A stretch of DNA of 64,000 nt from Nitrososphaeria archaeon (GTDB taxonomy: Archaea; Thermoproteota; Nitrososphaeria; JACIWG01). The notes beneath the pieces are model-generated. The model worked only from the letters and a program-made list of their open reading frames with translations, had not been told where the DNA came from and did not search any database. Positions 31,501 through 42,125 of the stretch are shown in pieces; positions within the stretch are counted from its first letter, which is position 1, and each line of letters opens with the position of its first letter. The stretch lies in contig CAVVXT010000012.1 of the NCBI GenBank assembly GCA_963752255.1, forward strand, positions 96,001-160,000, read 5' to 3'. A program made the position numbers and the translations under genes.

Positions 31501-32709
31501 ATGTCTAAAGAGAAAATAGTGCTAGCTTATTCTGGTGGTTTAGATACTTCCGTGATGATAAGGTGGTTACCAGAAAAGTACGGGTACGATGTCATAACCG
31601 TCATAGTTAACCTGGGTCAAAAAGAAGATTTCAAAACAATTGAAGAAAGAGCATATCAAATCGGTGCAATAAAACACTATACGATCGATGCACAGGACGA
31701 ATTTGTTGACTCATATATCACAACGGCAATAAACGCCAATGGCCTTTATGAAGGGAAATACCCTCTTAGTACGGCTATTGGAAGGCCTCTTATAGTAAAA
31801 AAACTCGTTGAGATTGCAGAAAAAGAGGGGGCAGAAGCTATCGCTCACGGATGCACTGGGAAAGGAAACGATCAGGTTAGGTTTGAAGTTACGGCAAAAG
31901 CGTTGAACTCGTCCCTTAAGATTATTGCACCAGTAAGGGAATGGAATCTGAGCAGGCAGGAGGAAATTGAATACGCTAAAGAACATGGCATAACGATTCA
32001 GAGGAGTGCGAAAAAATATAGCATAGACCAAAATTTGTGGGGAAGATCGATAGAAGGTGGCTCTCTTGAAGATCCAATGAGTGAACCAGAAGAAGATGTG
32101 TACGAATGGATTACACCGGCATCTAAGGCACCAATTACACCAGCCTATGCGGAGGCTGAATTTGAAGGAGGAAATCCTGTATCATTAGATGGAAGAAAAA
32201 GAAGCTTAAAGGACATAGTAGTCATGCTTAACAAGATTGCGGGAGAAAATGGTGTAGGCTTGATAGATCACATCGAAGATAGACTTGTCGGCATAAAAAG
32301 CAGAGAAGTTTACGAATGCCCTGCGGCTGTAACACTTATAGAGGCTCATAAAGCTCTCGAAAAGATGGTTTTGACAAGACATGAACTAGCTTTTAAAGAA
32401 ACGGTCGATTCCGAATGGTCAAGACTCGTCTATTTCGGTCTTTGGATGGATCCTCTGAGAGAGGATTTGGAGGCTTTTATTAAACAGGCACAGAAGAGAG
32501 TTTGCGGCAGAGTCAAGATTAAATTTTATAAGGGAAGTTTATCTATTACGGGCCTTGAATCTCCTTATTCACTATATGATAAAGCTCTCTCAACATATGG
32601 CATAGATTCAACGTTTGATCAAAAGGATTCAGCTGGATTCATTGAGATCTGGGGCCTGCAGTCAAGAATAGCTTCAGAGGTTCAAAGAAAAACGGGAGCC
32701 AACAAATGA
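31501..32709 (+). CDS. argG: Argininosuccinate synthase
   Basis: LAYSGGLDTS, HGCTGKGNDQVRF and KSREVYE motifs; start at 31501. Confidence 0.97.
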   Translation: MSKEKIVLAYSGGLDTSVMIRWLPEKYGYDVITVIVNLGQKEDFKTIEERAYQIGAIKHYTIDAQDEFVDSYITTAINANGLYEGKYPLSTAIGRPLIVKKLVEIAEKEGAEAIAHGCTGKGNDQVRFEVTAKALNSSLKIIAPVREWNLSRQEEIEYAKEHGITIQRSAKKYSIDQNLWGRSIEGGSLEDPMSEPEEDVYEWITPASKAPITPAYAEAEFEGGNPVSLDGRKRSLKDIVVMLNKIAGENGVGLIDHIEDRLVGIKSREVYECPAAVTLIEAHKALEKMVLTRHELAFKETVDSEWSRLVYFGLWMDPLREDLEAFIKQAQKRVCGRVKIKFYKGSLSITGLESPYSLYDKALSTYGIDSTFDQKDSAGFIEIWGLQSRIASEVQRKTGANK

Positions 32710-34184
32710 ACGATTTACTGAGAGGTAAACGGCTAAAGGAAATGAACGAGAAAGCTCTGAATTACACAGCTTCAATTGACTTTGATTCACCACTGCTCCC
32801 CTCAGTTATAAAAATAAACAAGGCACATACGATAGCGCTTTATGATGCAGGTGTTCTAAGTGGGCCTGACGCTTTAAGACTACTCAAGGGGCTGAACATA
32901 AAGGAGGAACTTCCAAAGAAATCGAGGCTTGAAGACGTACACATGTTTGTCGAGCAAAAGGTTAGGGAAAAAACTGGAGAAATAGGAGGCTATCTAAATT
33001 TAGGAAAAAGCAGGAACGACCAGGTGGCTACTGCCATAAAAATGGTGACAAGAGAATATATTATAGCTACTATGTCTTCTCTTCTAAACCTGTCTGAAAC
33101 CCTAGTGAACAAAGCTGAAAGGTCAACGGAAATGGTTATGCCTGTGTACACGCATCTTCAAGTAGCGCAACCAATAACATTCGCTCATTGGCTTCTAGCC
33201 TATGAAAGCATGATTTCGCGTGACATAAGTAGACTAAGTGAGAACTATAGAAGGGTAAACTCTTCGCCGATGGGTGCAGCAGCTTCAGCAGGCACAACCG
33301 TCAAAATCAACCGAAAGGAAGTAGCGGACTACCTCGGATTCGCATCCGTCGTAGGAAATTCGATCGATGCAGTAAGTTCAAGGGACACCCTCCTTGAATT
33401 CATCTTCATTACTTCGTCGATAGCTCTTACTTTGAGCAGGCTCAGCGAAGACATAAACTTTATGTCAAACAACGAGACCGGTATTCTGATTGTACCAGAC
33501 TCATATGCTTCGACAAGCAGTGCGATGCCTCAAAAGAAGAATTCAGTAGTGACAGAAATTGCGAGGGCTTGCCCTGGGATAATCTTGGGCAACTTGGCAA
33601 GCACAATATGTGTCTATAAAGCGTTGCCGTCATCATACAATCTTGATTTACAAGAAATGACGCCCAAAATGTCAGAAAGTTACTTACTTATCCAAACAAC
33701 AGTCGATGTTATGAAAGGCTTAATAGAAGGCCTCGAATTCAACGAAAAAAGAAGTGAAAACATTCTTATAAAAAATTTTTCTACCGCAATGGAAACAGCT
33801 GAATATATTACAATAAAAATGGGAATACCATTTAGGGAAGCACATCATATATTAGGGGCTTATGTGAGGGAATGTTTAGAAAAAGAGTTAGAGCCTCTTT
33901 CCGAAGAAGCCTACTCCGTATTTCTAAAAGAGCTAACTCCGTACAAAAAAAACGCAATCAATTTTACAGAGTACAAGTCACTTTTGGATCCTAAACAAAG
34001 CGTCATCAAAAAGACTATATATGGGGGACCTAGTCCTTCGAATACAATAAAAATGGTGTCAGAAAGGCGCTTGAATATTACCAAGTGTAGGGAAAATATA
34101 AGAAAAGAGGCCGAACGATTAATTAAAGCGTCTTCAAAATTAGACCAAAAAGTTTCAGAAATAATTGGAGGTGAGTTATCTTGA
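32706..34184 (+). CDS. argH: Argininosuccinate lyase
   Basis: SRNDQ, YTHLQ, SSAMPQKKN and PFREAH motifs. Confidence 0.95.
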   Translation: MNDLLRGKRLKEMNEKALNYTASIDFDSPLLPSVIKINKAHTIALYDAGVLSGPDALRLLKGLNIKEELPKKSRLEDVHMFVEQKVREKTGEIGGYLNLGKSRNDQVATAIKMVTREYIIATMSSLLNLSETLVNKAERSTEMVMPVYTHLQVAQPITFAHWLLAYESMISRDISRLSENYRRVNSSPMGAAASAGTTVKINRKEVADYLGFASVVGNSIDAVSSRDTLLEFIFITSSIALTLSRLSEDINFMSNNETGILIVPDSYASTSSAMPQKKNSVVTEIARACPGIILGNLASTICVYKALPSSYNLDLQEMTPKMSESYLLIQTTVDVMKGLIEGLEFNEKRSENILIKNFSTAMETAEYITIKMGIPFREAHHILGAYVRECLEKELEPLSEEAYSVFLKELTPYKKNAINFTEYKSLLDPKQSVIKKTIYGGPSPSNTIKMVSERRLNITKCRENIRKEAERLIKASSKLDQKVSEIIGGELS

Positions 34185-34354
34185 AAACCGTGTGTGAAAC
34201 ATGTGGCGGAGAAATAGAAGTCCCCGACGACGCTATTAAAGGCGAAATAGTTAGTTGCCCAGACTGTGGCACAGAATTCGAGGTTATTGAAATCAAGAAC
34301 GGAGCCGCCTCGCTAAAGTCTGCTGAAGAAATAGGAGAAGATTGGGGAGAATAA
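34181..34354 (+). CDS. lysW: Amino-group carrier protein LysW/ArgW (57 aa, absent from the ORF track)
   Basis: TTG start after GGAGGTGA; CETC...CPDC Zn ribbon; C-terminal EDWGE. Confidence 0.95.
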   Translation: MKTVCETCGGEIEVPDDAIKGEIVSCPDCGTEFEVIEIKNGAASLKSAEEIGEDWGE

Positions 34355-34362
34355 GGAACAAA

Positions 34363-35217
34363 ATGCTTCTATCTATACTGTATGACAGACTTCGATGGGA
34401 AGAAAAAGCCCTCGCTGAAGAAGCTCACAAGATGGGGCTTAACGTAGACTTGGTCGACGCGAAAACCTGCCCTCTAGAACTTGTCGGAAACGACATATCA
34501 AAGACTCCTTTTGGAGATGTGGTCTTGGAAAGGTGCATGAGCCACATGAGGGGACTCTATTGTGCTGCGATACTTGAAAAGGAGAAGGTCGTCATCAACA
34601 GCTTTGGTGTCCTTTCTATAACAAGTAATAAACTTCTAACAACATTAGCTTTAGATAAAGCTAAAATACCCACCCCAAGGACAGGGGCCGCTTTCTCACA
34701 GGAATCAGCACTTGAGCTAGCTGACAGAATGGGGTACCCTCTGGTAATAAAACCAGTTGTTGGAAGCTGGGGGAAGATGATCGCCTGCCTAAGGGATAAA
34801 CGCGAAGCGCAGGCCCTTTTTGAGACAAGGGAAATGCTTCATGAACCTCTTCAACAAATCTACTACCTACAGGAATATGTTCAAAGACCTCCAAGAGATA
34901 TCAGAGCAATAGTCATAGGCGATAATCTCTTAATATCAATATTCAGATATCAACCTGACGATGACTGGAGGACAAACGTCGCTCGCGGAGGTTATTCCGA
35001 ATTAGCTTCGCTTGATAAAGACCAGAAAGAGCTCATACTTAAGGCGGCCGAAGCTGTAGGAGGCGGCGTCCTCGGAGTTGATGCAATGGAAAGTGAGAGA
35101 GGACTTCTCATACATGAAATAAATGGAAGTGTTGAGTTCAAGGGTGCTTCAAGTGTTTCTACAGTTAATATACCAAAGGCGATAGCAGAGTACGCGTTGG
35201 AAAAGGCGAAAAAATAA
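34363..35217 (+). CDS. argX: LysW-glutamate ligase (ATP-grasp)
   Basis: KPVVGSWG and WRTNVARG; C-terminal EFKG signature of the ArgX type. Confidence 0.8.
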   Translation: MLLSILYDRLRWEEKALAEEAHKMGLNVDLVDAKTCPLELVGNDISKTPFGDVVLERCMSHMRGLYCAAILEKEKVVINSFGVLSITSNKLLTTLALDKAKIPTPRTGAAFSQESALELADRMGYPLVIKPVVGSWGKMIACLRDKREAQALFETREMLHEPLQQIYYLQEYVQRPPRDIRAIVIGDNLLISIFRYQPDDDWRTNVARGGYSELASLDKDQKELILKAAEAVGGGVLGVDAMESERGLLIHEINGSVEFKGASSVSTVNIPKAIAEYALEKAKK

Positions 35218-36269
35218 TGGTGAAAGTGGGGATAATAGGAGCTTCCGGTTACGTTGGAGGAGAACTACTTAGACTATTACTGATACATAACGGGGTTGAA
35301 GTCACTCTAGCAACTTCGAGACAGCACGTGGGAGAATACATCTTCAAAGTTCATCCCAATCTGAAGGGAACAACAAACCTTCAGTTTTCAGCAGATGATC
35401 CGAGTACAGCGGCCTCAAAAGTAGACGTTGTTTTCTTATCTGCCCCACATGGTACCTCCTCTAAGATTGTACCAAAACTCATCCAAACAGGAACAAGGAT
35501 AATCGACATGAGCGCAGACTTTAGGCTCAAGGATCCCAAAGCCTACGACAAGTGGTACGGTTGGACTCATCCAGCCCCCGATCTTCTTAACAAATTTGTA
35601 TATGGATTACCTGAGCTTCATAGAGAAGAGCTGAAGGCTACAAAATACGTAGCCGTGCCAGGATGTATGGCTACATCATCAATTGTTAGCCTTGCTCCTT
35701 TGGCTAAGGCAGGATTAACCGAAAAAACGGTGATAGTGGATGCGAAGATAGGCTCTTCTGGCGCAGGGGGTAAACCATCTCTTTCGACACACTTTTCTGA
35801 ACGGTTCGGAGCCGTGAGAGCGTATAAGCCCGTTGCGCATCGTCACACTGCTGAAATAGAACAAGAGCTAAAATATGTATCAGGTAAAGAGACCGAAATT
35901 GGAATGACAGCACATGCTGTAAACATGGTGAGGGGAATACTTACGACCTCACATGTGATGAAGACGTCTAGACCTGACGCGGCTACTGTCTGGAAGGCTT
36001 ATAGAAACTTCTACAGGGACGAACCGTTTGTGAGGTTCATAATGGACAAGGGAGGTCTATACAAGTATCCGGACCCAAAGATAACCATTGGATCAAACTT
36101 TGCAGACGTAGGTTTTGAAATAGACCCCCATGTTGACCGAATTGTTGTATTTGGAGCTATTGACAACCTCATCAAAGGAGCAGCAGGAAACGCCGTGCAA
36201 TCAATGAATATAATGATGGGCTTCGGCGAGAAAGAAGGATTGAACCTACCATCACTACACCCGGTGTAA
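35217..36269 (+). CDS. lysY: LysW-aminoadipyl/glutamyl-phosphate reductase
   Basis: GASGYVGGELLRLL, DMSADFR, PGC and DNLIKGAAG motifs. Confidence 0.93.
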   Translation: MVKVGIIGASGYVGGELLRLLLIHNGVEVTLATSRQHVGEYIFKVHPNLKGTTNLQFSADDPSTAASKVDVVFLSAPHGTSSKIVPKLIQTGTRIIDMSADFRLKDPKAYDKWYGWTHPAPDLLNKFVYGLPELHREELKATKYVAVPGCMATSSIVSLAPLAKAGLTEKTVIVDAKIGSSGAGGKPSLSTHFSERFGAVRAYKPVAHRHTAEIEQELKYVSGKETEIGMTAHAVNMVRGILTTSHVMKTSRPDAATVWKAYRNFYRDEPFVRFIMDKGGLYKYPDPKITIGSNFADVGFEIDPHVDRIVVFGAIDNLIKGAAGNAVQSMNIMMGFGEKEGLNLPSLHPV

Positions 36270-36274
36270 TTAAA

Positions 36275-37081
36275 ATGGTAACTGTCGTGAAAGTGGGAGG
36301 CAGCCTCCTCAAACTTGGACCTCCTGAAAATATCCTTTCAGATTTCTGCAAAGCGCTGCAGGAAGAAAAGCTAGTTTTAGTCCATGGAGGGGGATTTGAA
36401 GTCACCGAGATAGCTGAAAAGCTGGGAAAGAAGCAAGAGTTTGTTGTCTCTCCAGAGGGGATAAGAAGCAGATACACGGATAGAGAAACAGTGGATATAT
36501 ATACAATGGTTATGAAAGGAAAGATAAATTCTGAAATCGTGCTCGCTCTTGAAGGGAAAGGAGTGAAAACCGTTGGAATATCCGGATTCGATGGTGAACT
36601 ACTTGTAGCAGAAAGAAAGAAGAGACTCCTTACAGTAGATAGCAGAGGTAGAAGAGTGGCCTTAGAGGGAGGCTATACTGGAAAAATAATCGGTGTAAAC
36701 AGCAACATACTTGTGACGCTCTTAAAAGAAGACTTCGTCCCTGTCGTATCGCCGATAGCCTTAGGAACAGAAGGCGAACCCCTAAACGTGGATGGAGACA
36801 GAGCCGCAGCGTATATTGCGGGCGGATTAAAAGCCGAAAGGGTCGTCTTCTTGACAGATGTCAATGGCGTCCTTATCGACGGACAGCTTGTCAAGGAACT
36901 TACTTTAGCGGACGCAAGTGCCAGCATCAGAAAGGTGGGTCACGGTATGGATAAAAAGATCCTTGCGGCCGTTGAAGCCATAGAACAGGGAGTGAAAGAG
37001 AGCATAATATCTTCAGGCAGCTTAGATAATCCCATAATGAACAGTTTAAGGGGAGAAAATAGGACGGTGATAAGGAAATGA
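36275..37081 (+). CDS. lysZ: LysW-aminoadipate/glutamate kinase
   Basis: VKVGG, VHGGG, SRYTD, GGYTG and NVDGD motifs. Confidence 0.93.
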   Translation: MVTVVKVGGSLLKLGPPENILSDFCKALQEEKLVLVHGGGFEVTEIAEKLGKKQEFVVSPEGIRSRYTDRETVDIYTMVMKGKINSEIVLALEGKGVKTVGISGFDGELLVAERKKRLLTVDSRGRRVALEGGYTGKIIGVNSNILVTLLKEDFVPVVSPIALGTEGEPLNVDGDRAAAYIAGGLKAERVVFLTDVNGVLIDGQLVKELTLADASASIRKVGHGMDKKILAAVEAIEQGVKESIISSGSLDNPIMNSLRGENRTVIRK

Positions 37082-38284
37082 CGATGACATTCGATGAAAT
37101 TAGAACTTTAGAAGACGCACACATAGCACATACATACCAGAAGCTTCCAATTGCGATAGCAAGAGGAAAGGGCACTAGAATCTGGGACGTCAATGGGAAA
37201 GAGTACATAGACTATATGGGTGGCTATGGCGTTGCGATACTTGGGCAATCGTATCCTAAGGTTATAAATGCAATAAAGGAGCAGATCGACAGATTAATGA
37301 TTTTGCACAGCTCATTGTACAATGAGCAAAGGGCATTGTTTGTTAAAAAACTCGTTTCAGTGAGTCCAAGTGGACTTGATATGGTGTACCTGTCAAACAG
37401 TGGAGCCGAAGCCCTTGAAGCTGCACTGAAGATTGCTGTCAAATACTCTAAGAGAAAGAAGATACTAGCAATGAAGGGAGCCTATCATGGAAAAACTCTT
37501 GGCGCACTCTCACTTACCTACGGGGAAAAATATCGGACATCATTCGATGAATTTGTATACAAGGGGGTTGAGTTCGCCGAATTTGGTAATCTTGATGATG
37601 TTGAGAGGGGAAGAAATTTAGACGAATTCGCGGCAATATTTGTCGAGCCCGTTCAAGGTGAAGGAGGGATAAAAATACCTCCTGAGGGGTTCTTGAAAGG
37701 TTTGAGGGAGATAGCGGACAAGCATGGCTCTGCTCTTGGTGGTTGATGAAGTTCAAAGCGGACTTGGAAGAACCGGCAAAATGTGGGCGCACCAGCACTG
37801 GGGAATAAGACCTGACATAATGACCATAGGCAAAGGTATTGGGGGAGGTATCCCGATGGCTGCAACAATAGGTAAAACAGAATATTTGAGCACTCTAGAA
37901 GTTGGAGAGCACACAAGTACTATGGGAGGGAACCCAATAGCGTGCGCGGCGGGAAGGGCTGTACTTGAATCCCTATACGATGATGGTGTAGTCGACAAAT
38001 CTAGAATATCAGGTGAATACCTCCAAAAAGAACTCGGAGAGCAGGTTGGAAGTTCAAAGATTGTTAGAGAGCTGAGGGGAAAGGGGTTGATGATAGCTTT
38101 AGAGCTGAAGGTAAGGTTTCATGATATATTATTTAAAGCGGTTGAATCGGGTCTGATTACGTTGTATTCAGGCAAGACTATACTCAGGCTACTTCCTCCG
38201 CTAATTATAGATCAAGAGGACATCACCAAGGGAACGTCGATACTAAGGGAATCGTTAAATTGGTACGAAAAACAACATATTTAG
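37078..38284 (+). CDS. lysJ: LysW-semialdehyde transaminase (frameshift ~37727)
   Basis: NSGAEA and EPVQGEGG in the first frame; DEVQSG and GKG (PLP Lys) in the second. Confidence 0.88.
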
Positions 38285-38324
38285 AAGGAAAATGTTTTAA
38301 ATAAGCCGCTTTTAAGGCTATGAT

Positions 38325-38741
38325 ATGGAACTTGATAAGATAGATGCTGCGATTATCGAATCACTAGAAGAGAATTCAAGGACTTCTTACATAGAAATAG
38401 GGAAAAGGGTTGGCCTATCCGAAGCAGCTGTCAGAAGAAGGATAAAGAAACTCTTAGAGGATGGGATAATAAGAAAATTTACCATAGATGTGAAGGAAGA
38501 AGCTGCTCACGCGTTCACCCTGATAGCAGTCAATCCGTCGACTCCTACATTCGAAGTTTCGAAGTCCATAAAGGAGATTAAAGGAGTTAAACTGGTATAC
38601 GAAATAACAGGCCAATATGATATTATAGCCTTCGTAGGTGGACCTAATATTACAGAAGTCAACACATACGTTGAAGAAATACGAAAAACGAATGGTGTAC
38701 TTAGAACGAATACTGTAATTATTTTGAAGGAAGTTACCTAA
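38325..38741 (+). CDS. lysM: Lrp/AsnC family regulator
   Basis: Lrp HTH GLSEAAVRRRI and EITGQYD; located within the lys cluster. Confidence 0.85.
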   Translation: MELDKIDAAIIESLEENSRTSYIEIGKRVGLSEAAVRRRIKKLLEDGIIRKFTIDVKEEAAHAFTLIAVNPSTPTFEVSKSIKEIKGVKLVYEITGQYDIIAFVGGPNITEVNTYVEEIRKTNGVLRTNTVIILKEVT

Positions 38742-38777
38742 AACACTATAACAGATTATAACCTGAAGGTTTTAAAA

Positions 38778-39995
38778 ATGGAAACTGAAGAAGATATTGA
38801 AAAGATCAGGGAAGATAAAGAAAGGGTGGGTTTTGGCCCACAGATTAACGGAAAGAGCGCGTTGGAGGGAAGAAAAATTACTATTTTGGATAGCACGCTC
38901 AGGGAAGGCGAACAGTTTCCAGGATGCTCTTTCACGAACAGCGAGAGAATACAGATAGCATGGACTCTAGATTTCCTCGGAGTAGATGCGATAGAAATAA
39001 GTCCAGTAATATCAAGACAGCACATGGAAGCATGTAAGAAGATCGTTAAAGCAGGGCTTAAGGCAACCATCGTAGCACATGGAAGAGCCCTGAAGAAGGA
39101 TATAGATCAAGTGCTTGAATGTGATGCGGCATTCATGGCGATGTATCACTCTGTCTCCGACATACATCTGAAATACAAACTGCGAATCACAAGGGAGGAA
39201 GCGCTGTCGAGAACATTAGAAGCTGTTGATTACGCTAAGGCGCATGGGCTCAAAATTAGAGTTACCCTAGAGGATGCTAGTAGGGCGGACCCGAGCTATA
39301 TGGTAGCATTTGTGAAAGAACTGGAAAAAGCGCATGCCGACAGAATAAGTATACCGGATACGGTAGGAATTATGACACCAACGGGTATGTATAATTTGGT
39401 TAAAACCATCAAAAAAAGTGTTAACGTTCCACTTGACGTGCACTGTCACAATGATATGGGTCTGGCGCTGGCGAACTCTGTTGCAGGACTCGAAGCTGGA
39501 GCGGAGCAGATACATGTAACAGCAAATGGGCTGGGTGAAAGAGTTGGGATACCCGATCTTTCTCAGGCATCAACTGTCTTAAAGCTTCTTTACGGTGCAG
39601 AAATAAAAATAAGATTCAATATGCTTTTCGACCTAGCAAAACTAGTCGAGGAGTACACGAGCATACCTGTTCCCACTTCAGCGCCTTTAGTAGGGGCAAA
39701 CGCCTACAAACATAAAGCGGGGACACACATAGCCGCGGTATTAAGAAATCCCAAGACTTACGAACTGATTCCACCTAAAGTAGTAGGAAACAAAAGAAGG
39801 CTTGTCTTTGGCGGCCTCCTTGGAAAGAACGGGGCAGAATTTCTGCTTAAGATGTTCGGTATAGAAGCCCCTGGCGAAAGTGGAAAGCTTGTATCGGGAC
39901 TAAAGGATCTTGGAATAGACCTGTTCGAACTCGAACTTACTGAAGAAATGGAAGAGTTACTGAAGCGTGGAGAGGGAGCCCTAAATAGGGTTTAA
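38778..39995 (+). CDS. Homocitrate synthase (LeuA family)
   Basis: DSTLREGEQ, DTVG, HCHNDMG and GLGERVG motifs; lys cluster context. Confidence 0.8.
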   Translation: METEEDIEKIREDKERVGFGPQINGKSALEGRKITILDSTLREGEQFPGCSFTNSERIQIAWTLDFLGVDAIEISPVISRQHMEACKKIVKAGLKATIVAHGRALKKDIDQVLECDAAFMAMYHSVSDIHLKYKLRITREEALSRTLEAVDYAKAHGLKIRVTLEDASRADPSYMVAFVKELEKAHADRISIPDTVGIMTPTGMYNLVKTIKKSVNVPLDVHCHNDMGLALANSVAGLEAGAEQIHVTANGLGERVGIPDLSQASTVLKLLYGAEIKIRFNMLFDLAKLVEEYTSIPVPTSAPLVGANAYKHKAGTHIAAVLRNPKTYELIPPKVVGNKRRLVFGGLLGKNGAEFLLKMFGIEAPGESGKLVSGLKDLGIDLFELELTEEMEELLKRGEGALNRV

Positions 39996-39999
39996 GGAT

Positions 40000-40864
40000 G
40001 TGAAGGCATTGTCTAAGATTTCTTTACTTTACGATGTCATAAGATGGGAGGAGAAGGCGTTGTACGAGGCGGGAAAGAAGCTCAGCGAAGAAATAGACAT
40101 GATAGACATCAAGGAAGAGCTATTCGACATTTCGAAGCCGCTGGACAAAAAAATCGGCGACATCGTTCTCCAAAAGAAGCGTCAGCTACTACAGGAATCT
40201 ACATACGACGGCCTTCTTCGAATACAAGGGGAAAAGGGTCGTCAACTCTCTAAACACGGCCACAATAACTGGAAATAAGATGTTCACAACTTTAGTACTC
40301 CAGAGAAACAGGATACCAACTCCTAGGACAGTTGTGGCATTGACATCTGAAACAGCTATGAAAGCTTTCAGAGAAGAATTTGGAGGAAAAGCTGTGCTTA
40401 AACCTGTGAGCGGTAGCTGGGGAAGGCTTATCGCACTTTTAAATGACGAGCCGGCAGCCCAAGCAGTATTTGAAGATAGAGATTATATGTATCCAATGTA
40501 CCAGCTATACTATCTGCAGGAATATGTCAAAAGGCCCCCAAGAGACCTAAGAATATTTGTAGTAGGAGAAGAGGTTATAGCGGGAATATACAGATATCAA
40601 CCGGAAAGCGACTGGAGGACAAACACGGCTAGGGGAGGAAAGGCAGTCAAATGCGATATAACACCAGAAATTAGCGAATTAGCGATCAAGTCGGCCGAAG
40701 CCGTTGGGGGAGGAATATTCGGTGTCGACATGATGGAGTCACCGGACGGTCTAATAGTCCATGAAGTCAATAACACGACCGAATTCAAGAACACAGTTCC
40801 GGCGACAGGAATAGATATCCCCGGTTTAATTATAAAATACATGGTCAAAGAAGCTAGGAGATAG
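40000..40864 (+). CDS. lysX: LysW-aminoadipate ligase (extra A at ~40172-40175)
   Basis: The corrected frame reads LQRSVSYYRNL...GNKMFT; C-terminal NNTTEFKN is the LysX-type signature. Confidence 0.85.
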
Positions 40865-40870
40865 GAGTAA

Positions 40871-41962
40871 ATGGACTACGTGGACCTCCTCTACGAGCTT
40901 GTTTCAATCTATTCTCCAAGCGGATGTGAATCTACGCTAGCGGACCGCATACGCGTATGGTTGACATCGGACCTGTTAGCAGACAGCTCTTACATAGATG
41001 CAGCTGGAAATGTCATAGGAATATATGAAGGAACCGAGCCTTCGATACTTCTCTGCGGACACATAGACACAGTCGTAGGAGAACTGCCCACGCAGCGTAA
41101 TCAGCAGTTTATAGGTGGAAGAGGAGCAGTTGACGCTAAATCACCTATGGCAGCCTTTCTGTGTGCAGCTCATGAGTTAAAGAAGGTCTCTTTTCGGAAC
41201 AAAATCATCGTCGCGGGGGTCGTGGGAGAGGAGGACACCGGAAATGGCATTAAAGAGATCATCAGAGGAGGGTGTAGGCCATCATACGCGGTCTTCGGAG
41301 AACCGTGTTCGCTAACGAACATCGTTATAGGATACAAGGGAGGTTTACGTCTAAGCCTTAGTTTTGAGACTTCAAGTTATCACTCTAGTTCACCGTGGCT
41401 TGGTAAAAGCGCTGTTGATGCCGCGATAGAGCTATGGACATCAATAAAAAGGTACAATGACGAAGCACAGTACAAGGAAAAAAAATTTGGTACCATCAGC
41501 GCCTGCCTGACGAAGATATCAGGAGGAGAGTCCCACAACATGTCCCCATCGTCATGTAAAATGACGGTTGACATAAGATTTCCACCCTCTGTCGAAAGTG
41601 AGGAGGTTGTCGACAAAATAAAAGCGGAAGCCGAACACATATGTAAAGAGAAAATAGGTTTCAGAATGGAGGTCGAAGACTTTACACCAGCGTATACGGC
41701 ACCTGTCAACAGCCAATTGGTTAAAGCATTCAAAGCTTCGATAATGAAGGTGAAGGGTAAAAATGCTATGCTTGTCAGGAAAACTGGCTCAGGCGACATG
41801 AACATTTATGGCAAAGAAGTTGGTGTGCCATCAGTAACATACGGTCCAGGTAATTCGAAACTCTCACATACACCCTACGAGAGGGTGGACATCAGAGAAT
41901 ATTTGGACAGCATAGAAGTTCTAAAAGAAGCTATAATTAACGTGTGCGGAGAAAATAAATAA
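40871..41962 (+). CDS. lysK: LysW-lysine/ornithine hydrolase (M20)
   Basis: GHIDTV, GRGAVDAK, GEE, GEP and GDMN motifs. Confidence 0.9.
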   Translation: MDYVDLLYELVSIYSPSGCESTLADRIRVWLTSDLLADSSYIDAAGNVIGIYEGTEPSILLCGHIDTVVGELPTQRNQQFIGGRGAVDAKSPMAAFLCAAHELKKVSFRNKIIVAGVVGEEDTGNGIKEIIRGGCRPSYAVFGEPCSLTNIVIGYKGGLRLSLSFETSSYHSSSPWLGKSAVDAAIELWTSIKRYNDEAQYKEKKFGTISACLTKISGGESHNMSPSSCKMTVDIRFPPSVESEEVVDKIKAEAEHICKEKIGFRMEVEDFTPAYTAPVNSQLVKAFKASIMKVKGKNAMLVRKTGSGDMNIYGKEVGVPSVTYGPGNSKLSHTPYERVDIREYLDSIEVLKEAIINVCGENK

Positions 41963-42125
41963 CCCTATCTGAAGCGCATTGGAGCAACAATTGTTCTAAA
42001 AAGTTTATAACTCGTTTAGATTCTTAGACACCTGTATGGGTTCATCGCCTGACTGGAAAGAGCGTAAAGGTAATATATTCAATAAACATTTATTTCCTGT
42101 TAACAAGCAATTATTGTGATTTAAA

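Noticed and set aside
6380-40180. Programmed ribosomal frameshifting in tal, dppA, dppC, lysJ and lysX
   Set aside because: No shared slippery heptamer was seen, directions are mixed and the genes are unrelated; assembly error is simpler.
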